The notes under the pieces: model-generated | Seen by the model: only the letters and a program-made list of their open reading frames with translations | What the model was told of the DNA's origin: nothing | The model's database searches: none | From: Catajapyx aquilonaris | Lineage: Eukaryota | Assembly: GCA_000934665.2 (NCBI GenBank) | Contig: KZ538159.1 | Coordinates: 1 to 64,000, forward strand | Direction: 5' to 3' | Length of the DNA stretch: 64,000 nt | Part shown: piece by piece, positions 12,191 through 24,790 of the stretch | Numbering within the stretch: the first letter of the stretch is position 1 | How the letters are laid out: each line of letters begins with the position of its first letter | Made by a program: the position numbers and the translations under genes

Positions 12191-15100
12191 TTACGTTTAA
12201 AAATAATTTGTCTTTTATTGCGAACTACGTACATCCAGGGTCATATGACATGTCGAAACCATTATTGCCCTCGACTGGATTTGATGGACTGTGACGGATA
12301 ACTGACATTGAGGAAATAGGACTTTCACGCGAGCGCACACATATGGATGGGAAAAAATAGAAGCGCGGTATACATCATGCATAAGTTTGCAAATTGGGGT
12401 TGACAGACCGGGGTTGAGGGTAGGTCAGGGATTCAAGGTCAGTTGAAGCAAAGTCGCAGAGATTGTCATTCCCAAACATAGAACTTGCTCCGTGACATGT
12501 AAAATATCCATGACGACCTTCCAACTCAATGTCACCCAGGGCCTATCCCAAGTATACATACTTCATCCTATATTGCATGATAAGACTTAAAAGGGTTTTT
12601 GAGGAGGAATAATACGGTTCTTCACCCTTCAAAGTAGCCTGAAGCTGCTTGTGAAATTTTTTGAGGCGACAACGAACTCTACAAGGTCTACTATATAGAG
12701 GGTGATGGCATGAAAGGGGACAAATATGTGTCCTAATCGGTCGCATCATACGATAAAATAGTTGAGAAAGACAAGTAAAGGTGAGTACAATCAATTACAG
12801 AATAACATGTCACAGAGTCACGATTTTGCCAACAATACAATGTGGTTCAACATTGAATATGTTACAGTCACATTCTCCAATTGAAACCCTTTTGTTATAC
12901 CGCCGATTGATATTGGCCTGCTGGACATGCATAATATTTTGGCGCGGAAACAAACGGCACAATGAGCGTTTGTAACTCAATGACATGCCCGGGGCTAGGT
13001 TGTATTTTCTGGTGGGGCAGTAAAACCGGATTTAGAGCGAATGAAAAAGCATGGGACCGAGATTATTGTTCGGGCAGTGAATGAGTCTATCTCTTGTCCC
13101 AGTGGGTTGATATCTCCTATCCTGGTGCCCCATCACGTTTTGGGGTGGGTCCTTATCATCATCATCAAATATCCAAATGGAGGAAAAATGATCAATGTGT
13201 TGGTCGATATGTGAAGTTGGCGAGGAATTAATTTTTGCGTACAGCGAGGTTATCAGAAGGTTACTTCTTGTTGTGTGTAGATGTAATTATATGTTGGGCA
13301 AGTATAAAGGGTTATATTTGGATGATGTTGAACATTAAGCCGGAATGGGAATATCCTTTTTCTTGAATTACGTCTGTTGGCTATAGTTAGCAATGTGCGC
13401 AAACTGTACAATGAGGTATCATGAGAGTTCATGTGTGACCAAGCTAGATGTTGAGATATGTCAACAACTAGTGATTAATATGAGTATATTAATGTAATGG
13501 TCACCTAGCGAATTTTCAAATTACAACTCGCACGGGATGGCTATCTACGGCCATTACATGATTACAGATGGAGGAGTTTAAGAGAGAGTCACCTTGTGAA
13601 ATGTTACGTAAATTTTTTGATAAAAGTTGTGAGAAAATAACACATCCAAGGGAGTCATGGACACTTTTTTCTGACTTCTGAATTTATGTTTTATACAAAT
13701 TTTTCAATAAACCTTTCTTCTTTTAGACGAGAAAGCGAAACTGTTGTGCACGCCCTAATGTGTGGGAATCAGACATGCATAGCCTTGTGTTAGCAACTTT
13801 GTACACACGCAAAACAAAAAAAAATAGTAGAAAGTGAAGTTTTCTATACATGTACTTGCAAGTTCAAGGGCTATTACAATGAATTGCGATGTAAGTACCA
13901 CAAGTGCGCCATACAATATGTATTGAACGAGGGAAAAAAAAATTCAAAGCTCCAGACAGTAATGTTGAAATAATAAGGCTGTTACAATACGTAGGTATTC
14001 CGTAACCAATAATACATATTGATGAGCAAACGGATAATATTACGGTTACACAAAGCATCCACTTTTTGAACACAGTTGTTGCAAACATTCATTTGAAAAA
14101 CTGCAGATCTATTGATTGTCTCTTAAACAAGAGGATTGTAAAGTCCAAATATTCACATAATATACTCACTTTTTTTTGCCAATTTGGACAACAATGAATG
14201 ACCTCTACGTCACAAGCTGACGTAAGGAAAGATCATGAGTCGAAACTGAATGAATTTAGGTCCTTGTCACGACCTTGCTGGTGTCCCTATGACCACATTC
14301 ATGAACCCAAGACGGAGTAAGTCAATTGGCTTTGAAACACCTTGTTAAAAATATAACTCATTTTTACAGTAATATCTTTACAGTACATAAATTTTCAGAA
14401 CTTTTTTTTTTAATTCAAACCTTTTTATGCAACTTTGAATTTGTTTAAAAAACAATTGGTGCATAGTGCTTGAATCTGGGTCGACTTGCATTACAAGATG
14501 ATAAAAGTAACGTGAAGTGGAGGATTGCTTCGTGGTAAAAGTTCACTCGCTTTCTCCACAGCTTTCAAGGTGAAAAGGTGACTTGTGGCTTCTTTTTTTT
14601 TTTGCGTTGCCAGATGCATAATGCAGCAATTCTGCAGAATGAATTAGGCTCGGAACATTAGTCATAGACAACGTTTCATCAGATGGCAAGCAGCGTTGTG
14701 AAAGCGAGAGTAAATATGTATTTTTAGATACGTATGTATTGGTGAAATTTGAGGCTTTTGTTATATGTCAGTGATAGGCTTAAAGTAGGCCAACAATTGC
14801 CTCTGCCATATTCACGCTTTCAAACAAATATGAATTAAGTGGTTCATAACGGCATAATTAATAACGCCTGATTTGTTAGAGTAATGAGAATGGTGACATT
14901 ACCCAAATTCCAATCAACGATTGCAGGTATGTAAATCACAAAACACCACCAATAAACGCCGGATAATTTTACATCCTGTCAAAACAGCGAATGATAGGTC
15001 GCATTGTAAACATACATCATTGCAATGTCATATGGGACTAATTGGCACTATTATGTGGTTTACTCTAAGAAACGACGATTTCCAGGGAAATTTATAGCCC

Positions 15101-15759
15101 AGCCTGATTTCAATTACAAGGAAATGTTTGGTCACCTTACAATGAAACGTTTGGTCACCATACAATGAAATCTCCTCCCATTGTTACCAATTCTGGGAAC
15201 ACTGGAATCATAACCTATTGGTACCCGCCTATTGGAACCCAGCCAGACTGTTTGATTCTGCGAAAAACCGGAACAAACTTACAACCTAATGTAAAACCAA
15301 CATCTTCTGGTCACATTGCCCCCCCCGTCTTGAGGGCATTGCCGTTCTAGGTTATGGACTCCTGCCGGTTGCTGTTTATTGATTCCAAGGCTAATAATAT
15401 CTTGGCATCTAATAGCATTGGAACACACGCTATAGGCTAGCTTTTTAGCCATTTTTTCTTCATCCAAGCCTAATTCACCTCACCGCATAAATGTCCTGTT
15501 GACACGAACAGTACATGGTTCTAATGTCATGCGATATTGGATTTTAGGTCCCCCCCCCTTTTTTTTTCTTAATATCCTGCTAAGCTCCCTTGTGCAGTAT
15601 AAGCACTCTGTTTCCTTTTCTGCTCGTGAAGAGATTAGCGCCATGTTCGTGCCTTGGAAGGTATAGTTGAAGGGGGTGGCAATTGATTTTCTTTCTAGAG
15701 TAGGATTCGTCAGATTAAATGCAATGCGGGTTAATCGATTGTGTTATTGACTTGGGTGA

Positions 15760-15969
15760 TAAATGAGGTTATTTAGGCCCCTCCCTCCAAGTAGGGGAAT
15801 TTAAATCAAAGTATGTATATATATAAAATTCGTTTAAAATGAAAAGGATACGGTGTCGTCATCAGTGATGACGACACCGTATCCTTTTCACTTTAAATTA
15901 TTTTTATATATACATTTTCTTGATTCAAATTCCCCTACTTGGGGAGAGGGGCCTAAATAACCTCATTTA
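15760..15969. mobile_element. 210-bp fold-back (MITE-like) palindrome
   Basis: TAAATGAGGTTATTTAGGCCCCT...AGGGGCCTAAATAACCTCATTTA; perfect central 25-bp arms around G15865; TA at both ends. Confidence 0.8.
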
Positions 15970-16783
15970 AAGCAGGGGAATTTTCCCCATATGTGATATG
16001 AGCAAAATAGAATAGATTCATAGGAAGTGCACCCTGTGTAATGCCTCGTGGTCACGTACTGCTGGATGTGCGCCAGAAAGGGGAGGAAGCAAATATTAGC
16101 AGGGTTGCCACATATTTTTTTACACATATGTAATTGCACATATGCATTTTTGCAGCTGTGGCCTGAAAAATACATGTTTGTCCAGATATACTTATTGGTA
16201 CAAATCGGTTCTTTCACATATGTTATTATGACATGTGACATACATTAGATTGCTGGTGTCGCTTAGGGTTAAATGGCAACATTGTGGATGAGTTGGGAAG
16301 GGCGTCGCGCACAAAGTTTTGGCAGTCGGCCGCTGTTCTAGGGCTTGGGTTCATTGACTGTAAGCACGTGACCCTGAGACCTGAAGGCCTGTTACTCAAC
16401 CGACTGCAGGATGCCATTGGCTACGGGCATCATATTGCTCCAAATACCTCAGACCCCTTGTTTCCGGAGAGAATATTTGGGGAGATATATGATGGGGGGG
16501 ATTACGTAACGAGGGGCATTGTCCCAGGGTGTGGTGTAACAGGATCTGCCATCTTTCAATTATGTGTTTTAATGAATCTAAGTACTGGCTGATTAATGAC
16601 AATGATGCCATTTAGTTGTTGTCACCAGTCGTCGAAGCTGATTAATCGCGTGGTCAAGGTCGATTATTGTGGCTTATGACCATCAAAGACCACAACTAGA
16701 ATATTATCGTAGATTATTTACATTGCAGGAGTAAAATCAGCTGAAATTAGGCAACACCGTTAATTACCGGTATATATTTATGT

Positions 16784-17000
16784 TATCGATATTTTAATTT
16801 AGTGTTTTTATCGATATTTTAAGTTATTGTTTTTATCGATATTTTAAGTTATTGGTTTTATCGATATTTTAAGTTATTGTTTTTATCGATATTTTAAGTT
16901 ATTGTCTTTATCGATATTTTAATTGATTTCATCGCTATTGTAATTCATTTCATCGATGTTTAATTTATGTCGTCGATGTTTTATTTGATTTTATCTATAT
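16784..17000. repeat. 25-bp minisatellite, each unit carrying TATCGATA (DRE)
   Basis: TATCGATA at 16784, 16809, 16834, 16859, 16884 and 16909, then degenerate units. Confidence 0.9.
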
Positions 17001-17657
17001 TTAAATTTTTGATTTATTGCATATTCAAATATGTGGCGACAGACTATCGCAATATTGATTCCAGTAATAGAATGAAGGACAGTTTTATTTTAGGAAGCGG
17101 TGCACCGTACCGGTAATGGTCCTTTTGTACGGTAGGTTTCATTTTCTTCCAGTGCCCTACTTCTTCTGAAGGTCTTATCCAAGGAACATAATTGAAGAGG
17201 TTTCCAAGCAACAGCCGGTTTATTTTGAGTGCGCAAGAAACTTGGGGAGGGGAAAAATATCGTCAGGTTTAAGTTCCTGTTTTTACTGTAGGAGCCACAA
17301 GGCGAAAAAGCACGTCTTGGTTTACAACCGGAGACAATTTTAGGAGTCATTAGGAGGGACTTGGCAAGAATCCTTTTGCCTTGATGAAGAAACGTGGATG
17401 AAGTTACGCAATTTCTGCTCCAGAAAGACATGGGGGTTGGCGGCTTACAGTACAAAAAAAACGCAGTTCTGTTACAAAGGACTGCGTTATGCTCTACCCA
17501 ACCAACCAAATGGGTTAAGGTCCCACTTTTATTTTGATCTTGGCCCGAGTTTTTGCATGGCTCAAGGTTAGACTAGGGTGCTGAAAAACGCCGAAAAAAA
17601 AACTTGGCATGAGACACACTGGTGCGTTATTTGAAATTAAAATTTAATTAGTTCACC

Positions 17658-17800
17658 CTGCTGTCCACCAGAGGCGCTGATTCCACTCACTGTGTACTCA
17701 CTGTGTACAATTGTACACTCCCTGTGTACAATTTTTAAAAAATCATCATCAAATGCCAGTTCTGCGCATGAGTGGAATCAGCGCCTCCGGTGGACAGCAG
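17658..17800. mobile_element. 143-bp MITE-like element with 32-bp terminal inverted repeats
   Basis: CTGCTGTCCACCAGAGGCGCTGATTCCACTCA (17658-17689) versus its inverted copy at 17769-17800, one mismatch; internal CACTGTGTAC repeats. Confidence 0.75.
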
Positions 17801-19269
17801 ATGGAATTGTAAATTTTGAATCAGGGTCTAATATTAGATGAAAACACAGTTTATTTTTATAGGCAAATGTAATAATATTGTAAGTGTTGTTGCAGGGACA
17901 TAACGGAAAAGCGGTGATGCTATCGTCGACCTTTGGATGTTTGTTATATGTCATGGAAACTGAAAACAGGGGTGTGGTAAGCTTGTTTGGCTTCGAATCC
18001 TCTAGACGCGCGTTTAATAAATAAAGCAAGCTCATCCTTCGTCACATCCACCCCCCAAATGGCCACATTTGGAGACCTCAACATCATCTCCCCTCTGGGT
18101 TGCTTTTCTGTGGAAAGGAAGCTCGGGGTTGAAAAACCTTCCTCCAGAAGGATAAATCACCCCTCCAAGAGACGGATCTGTAAACACCAGGAACGGTTTG
18201 AGTGGTGTAATTTATCAGCTCTTCGAACCGGTACGGCAGACCAAAATATATGCGGAGAAGATAGAGACCGACGCAGTTTTGAAACTTACAAGTCAAATGT
18301 GAGCTAGGGTCAGTTACACCTGGATTAGATTAGGGATTCAGTTCAAGGGTTCAGGGGCAAACTGGAGACTAATTTTGATATGGGGGTTGTGGGTGGTTGG
18401 ATGTTGGTTCAAACACTGTACTATTTACTCTGGGTTGTAGACACCTACGCTTTTAATAGCCAGTCATTTACCTTTTACAGGGCAAGAAACTTACTTCGAA
18501 TAGACGTAATATACTTTCTACACTAATAACATTATTAATTTCCTATATAATTTTTTTAAATTGCATCATAGGTACATGAGCAGCTATTAGCCTAAATGTA
18601 ACTGGTTATTTCCAGCTTCAAATAGTCCAGTCGATACCCGTGTTCCTTTAAAAAAAATTAGATAACATGACACTGATATCCTCCTAGACCAGTGACCTTC
18701 ATTATTTCCATGCGATAATTCTCAGATTAAGACATGTAATCTGGTATAAACTGAACCATGATATTACAATATGTGAACTTCTGGAGCGGACGGTACGTCT
18801 GGCTTTATCGACAAACTATATGGACATGCCATCTGCGACAGTCGCCAAAATGTCACTAGCTCATATTCAAGGCAAGAGGGGGTCTGCAGTCTGCTTTAAA
18901 AAAAAAAAATTTTTTTGCCTAGAACGTTATTGACACCATTTGAAAGTTGGAAGCGACGAAGCTTCGCGAAATATTCAGACCGGTGAGGAGGACACAGGAC
19001 TCAATTTCGGGTCCAATGCCGGCAATCTAAGATCTATTTCCGAGCTTGTTCCGAGCCGGCAGGGGGGGTTGTCCCTAGAGTCAACTCGCTCTACTTTCCC
19101 AAAGCTGCTCAGTAAAATAAGCCTGCCTGCCTGCTGCTGCACCAATTCCTCTAAGGTCGTTGCTTCTGTCTGGTCTAATCATTCATTGTAACCGATAAAC
19201 GCCATGGAAGTGAGTCAGTCGTGTCTGCGCACTTTTTAAAACCAGGGGTTCGATCTCCGGATTCGTCCT

Positions 19270-19337
19270 AGGCGGTTAGTGAGGTGGTCAGTTGACTGAC
19301 TGGGGAGTCTGTTAACTGACCACCTCACTAACCGCCT
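19270..19337. repeat. 68-nt near-perfect hairpin
   Basis: AGGCGGTTAGTGAGGTGGTCAGTT / AACTGACCACCTCACTAACCGCCT form a perfect 24-bp stem, extending imperfectly to a GGGG loop. Confidence 0.85.
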
Positions 19338-22300
19338 GAGACGACTCACCGGGGGAACGCATATGAAATAATAATTAATTTTAAGTAAAACTATTTTAAA
19401 AGTGAAAATCAGGCAATTTTAAATAAAACATAATAAATTTGGAATTAAATATTATTATTAACAAGTCTTACTGACTTGTGAGAGAGCATTATTGACATGT
19501 ACTGTTTTAGGTGCCCTTTTAATGGGACTGTTGTGCAGGGTCAATAGAAAGTCCGGTCGTTGCAACCTGTACGTTTGTTTGTGCTCCTGTTTTGTGTACA
19601 CACAATTGCTTATCAAAGTTCAATCAAGTTCCCGAAGGATAACGCTCGCTAGGAAAATATTAATAACAAAGTCGGGGGGGTTTTGTTTGGCGAATATTGT
19701 GTTTCGTTTATCCAATTGTATCAATATTGACTTAAATCTGACCTGTTGACATGGGGCAGAATAAGCTTGAGCCCGCATGAAATTGCATGGAATTATTCCC
19801 CAGCGCGCTAGCTACAACCACCCTCCAAAAACCGGGATCAGTTGACAAGCCTGAAACTTGTAATGCTGTGGTAGTGTCTATGTGATCAGAACTTTGATTA
19901 GATACGCTCATTTTTAAAAAATAAAAATTTGTAAAAAGGTGGGAATAAACGTTTAATTAACTCCTGGTGATAGCAATCCAGGCGCTTTTGTGGTTGTAAA
20001 CAAGTTATTTACCTGCTGGTATGTCAGTGGGTTTTCCCTCCGTCATGTTGGACAGGTCAAAATATCATTATTTTTTTTCTAAAAAAAATGCATGCCCTTT
20101 AATTGGTATCGCCCACATATAAGCCAGTAAAAATCGCAATATCTGACATGTGAGTATGACTGACATTTTAAAACTCATGCAACTTGATGATATCATAGTC
20201 ATGAAACTTTGGCTCCTTTTTTTAAAAAGGTGTACATAACGCTCTGCGTCATTTTTATAGTGTACAAAAACCTTTCCCGTTTTAACCCGGGCGTAACCAT
20301 GCGTCATCTGCAGAGGCCATACCAAAAAAAAAAAAAAAACTAAGAATAAGAAACACGAAAAGAACGTGCGAACCTTCGATTGTGATCTCAACATCGTGCA
20401 AGACCTAGACGTGTACACATCACGCTCCTTTTGTGAATTATACATTATCAGACAAACATTTTTGACGATTGTTTATTTGATGAGGAAGTCAACTGACTGC
20501 TGCACGACAATATGGCGGCAGGTCCTTGTCAACAGAGCCACCTATCGGATTGACTCAAACCTCTGGGGGTTGTCCGGGGGAAAAAAATGGGTTCAAAAAA
20601 TATGCTTATCTGGCTGATTTTTTGACGGGAAGTTTGAGTTGCGTCATATCCGCCACCTTCGATTAGTTTACAAAACCGCAGCGCTTACGGGGTTTCTATT
20701 TCTAGAAGAGCCATGGCTAAATTAAGGACGAATGTGCTGGAGTTACGTCATTCTCGAGGTTGTAATACTTGGGTGTAATGATCGACCACTAGGACCCTTG
20801 TTTTTTAAATGAAAATGGTCATGTTTTTTTGTGCTGAAATGAAAGTGCTAAAGGTTACACTATACAAAAATTTCTCCTATTATCACACCCTGGGATAATT
20901 AACCTTGGTCATGGACAATAGGAGGTGTACAAAAAAATTATTTAAAAGCAGATTAGGAGGTCAGTTTTTTTTTCCACACCAAAATTCATGCAGGATTAGA
21001 AATAACATATTGCTGATCTGTAACTGTTCCAATTGACCTGAGTATGAGTCCAATGATCGAACTTTGGTCCCACATATTTTAAAAAAAAATTGAAAGCACT
21101 TATGCAATTACGCCATTGCTCAACAAAAAAATACACAATATTATGTACGGAAAAAAAAATCAAGAGGGTAATTCCAAGCTTCAACCGTGAAAATACAACC
21201 TGCTCTCCTAACCTACTTGTAATACAAGTGCCAATGGAAAGATATGCGAAACGTTTTATGTACCCAAACGTGCAACTTTTGTTTCCACTTTCTACCCAAG
21301 AGAAGCTTGTGCTGCTTCCTTACAAAATAGGTCATGGACTAGATGAAGCTCCGAAAAGTTGTGGACAAAATCAAGAAAAAGTTAAGACCTACTTTTATTG
21401 CGGAGAAGTAGATGAAAAAATCGAAATGGATCCTGCTACATGTTATATCATATATCACTCGAGTTAATCTAAGGTTTCTTTCAAGTGTATCTAACTGTGT
21501 CATAAATTTTTTGTGTGTGTGTGGATCCAGCATGCGTGACCTAATTTTTGGTCATGGCCGAAAAACATGGACCTATCACCTTGCGTAATTTTTGTGATTT
21601 GGCACACTCCGTGGCAACACCTTAATTTTTTATGAGCACTAGGTAATTGCATGTGTGGGCAAAAAAAAATGTTTGTCGATGTGCGCATATATGTAGCTTC
21701 TTAGGTATTGTTTTGAACAAGTCACCTTGTTTACTTCAGCTATGTTATTGACAAACATATTCAATTGTAAAGGGCACTAAAATATTTGTACAGAGGCTAT
21801 GACCTATTAAGGTATTACTCAACATTACTAAACAGTGACCCCATTTCAGGGGCTTCTAAATACAATGATGGTGAACTTTGACCCCGGTCTTCAATGTCAT
21901 TGCTAATGACCGGAGTGTGGGGTAATGGAGAGCTAAGAAAGAAGAGATAATATGAAAGGCTAGATGGTAAGTGCACTTGGAGGAAAGTTGAGGGCCTGGC
22001 CTGCAATAATTTTCAAGGCACAAAGTTCGGCGCCCGGAACGACCTTGGCCAGCCATCGGCCTCCTAAGGGTTGACGAAGGTCATCGGAAATGCCATGGGA
22101 AGCCCTTCGGATGGCCGCTGACAAAAAAAAATATATGTGTGTCATACAACATGGTGTCAGCATATGTTTATTATTAGTTACATGTTTTTGTTTGTGTGGA
22201 GACTTTAGTTTTTACTAATATTAGTAAATGTTACAGGTAAATTGCAAATTTGACCTTGATATGAAAATATTCCCCGTACTTATTTGCAACGTACTGTGAA

Positions 22301-22899
22301 ATAGCTTTCGTAATCTGTTTTTCCAATATTTCAGTTATTTTTCTGTAGTGTTATGCAGCTGTATGTACCACACCTTGCCATTATTTTGTTAGGTGCATTG
22401 GAACGTTTATGTGGCAACATATTCCGCAGTGCTGTCAATGTGGCTATATTAACCTTGATGCACCATTTGGAAGTATATTGCCTAACAAATAGTATAAATA
22501 TTAACGATTATCGTTTGCAATAATAGGAATACAAAAATATGTGACTACTACCTGTTGTGTGTTTATAGCTGTGGTTACCTTGATTTGAAGTGCAGGAAAC
22601 CGAGCTGAAAATTAACCAAAATGTGATTAAAAATTCGGAATGATTAGGGTCGAGGTATGGAAGCGTCTAATTAGCTAGTTTTTTTTGCAAAGGTTACCAG
22701 ATGGAGCTGCCACAATTAATTAGCTTTCTAGACTTGAAGCACTTTTTTAATTGGAGCATGTCCGAGAAAGTGGTCTTGCGCATAGGCGTGATGCCCTAGT
22801 AATGATTATATCTCTATTTAGTAATCTAGTAACCTTGTCTAGACCTCCCAGGGATTAGCTTACGTACTAACAATGTTAATAATAAGTAACATTGTTAGT

Positions 22900-23017
22900 C
22901 GACTCCCGTCATCGCTGAGATTGTCAGTCGACTCCCGTCATCGCTGACATTGTCAGTCGACTCCCACCCCTTATATAGGGAAATGTCGTGATGGTGATGA
23001 TGATGATGATGATGATG
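22900..23017 (+). mobile_element. 5'-truncated retroposon 3' end with (GAT)n tail and 12-bp target-site duplication
   Basis: AACATTGTTAGT at 22888-22899 and 23018-23029; CCCTTATATAGGG stem-loop then (GAT)n; internal 29-bp tandem duplication. Confidence 0.65.
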
Positions 23018-24094
23018 AACATTGTTAGTACGCTCATCCCCGAGTACCTGTTACTCTCGGGGAGCCAGAAATATTTGAATATTAAAATTAACTTTTTACC
23101 ATTTTAAATTGTATATTTGATAACTTTTTTATATTGTTAATGATTATTGTAAAAAAAATTATTTGAACCTTCGTGGAAGTTTAAATTTTAGAAAAACTGA
23201 GCTGACACGACTTAAGAAACCCAATAGATAAGGCTTTTATCGTCCTGTCTGAGTACATTTTCCTTGACCCATTCTGATTGTTCCGTATATTTATACTAGG
23301 AAAAAAAAGGGGTGGGGGGAGGGACGGCCCTGCAATGTGCCCTGGACGTCTCCATAACATTTCGGGACACAAAAGCGAAATAGTGTGACAGCATCGTTAT
23401 TGGCGTCGAAAACGAAAGGAAATGCCGTGACCGACCTTGCCCAATTCATAGATACGCATCTTACGACGTTACGACTCCCAAATTATCACGAGATATTGAG
23501 TCTCACGTGATTTTCACAACTTTTTTTGTATGTATACCCTGTATATGAGCGTGAGCCTGATTGCTGATATTTGCGCGTCAAAGATTGCGAAATCGCTCCC
23601 TAATTACGTCTCCAGAATCATATTTTGATTTATGTAAATCAAGAGTTCATCGCTCGTTGACTACATCTGCATGCCTGGCGTGACATTTTTTTTTTAAACA
23701 TAAAACTCAGCCTATGTTCTAACCTTGACTTTTTTTCCCCCGAATTTACGCCACCACATTTGACATTTTGCGTTATCGCTTCGTGCTGGAAAAAATTGCG
23801 TGTGGCATGATTGGGAAAAATAAAGTGCGGACGTTGCGTTTTCGGTCGCGGCTATTTTCAACGCGTTACCCTACTTTAAATTGCGGCTTATTAAGGATAT
23901 TGTTGGTTGCATGAGGCTTCAGGGGGACATGAAAAGGGTCTCAGTACAGTTATGTTGGTGCATAATTTATAATGGGCTCGGTGTTGCCCAGGTTATGGAA
24001 TCAACAGAGAACTGATTTCATTGCATGGTATGGCTAAACCCATGTATGTAGGTCTCGAATATTATTTCAAATTTCGAGTGAAAAATAATTCAAT

Positions 24095-24790
24095 TAATAT
24101 TAGTTAAATATTCGGTTAAATATTAGTGAAATTCAATTTAAACATTAGTTGTTTTTAAATATTAGTTACATAAATTCAATAAAATGTTACGTTTAGATAT
24201 TAAATTCAATTTTAATATTAGCTACAAAAATTTCATTTTAATATTAGTTTCAAAAAATTCATTTTAATATTTGTTACAATAATTTCATTTTAATATTAGT
24301 TTCAAAAAATTCATTTTAATATTTGTTACAATAATTCAATTTTAATGTGTTACAAAATTCAATTTTAATATTAGTTACAAAAATTTTGTTTTCATATTAG
24401 TTATAAAAACTCAATTTTAATATTAGTTACAAAAATTTCAATTTAATATAAGTTTTAAAAATGAATTTTAATATTAGTTACAAAAATTTCAATTTAATAT
24501 TAGTTTTAAAAATGAATTTTAATATTTGTTACAAAAATTTCAATTTAATATTAGTTTTAAAAATGAATTTTAATATTAGTTACAAAAATTTCGTTTTCAT
24601 ATTAGTTATAAAAACTCAATTTTAATATTAGTTACAAAAATTCATTTTAATATTTGTTACAATAATTCAATTTTAATGTGTTACAAAAATTCCATTTTAA
24701 TATTCGGTAAAAAAAGTCAATAATTTGACATTAGTTACAAAATTGAATAATTTTGATATTGGTTACAATATTTAATTTTAATATTACTTG
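24095..24790. repeat. AT-rich ~24-25-bp satellite (AATTCAATTTTAATATTAGTTACAA-like)
   Basis: Over 20 degenerate units visible. Confidence 0.9.

Noticed and set aside
12781..12786. Isolated strong donor-like sites (AAG|GTGAGT at 12781, also ~14927 and ~45033)
   Set aside because: Expected by chance in 50 kb; no promoter or acceptor context to support an exon
17423..17436. Partial match to miR-71 (GAAAGACATGGG)
   Set aside because: The match stops after ~12 nt and no hairpin partner is visible
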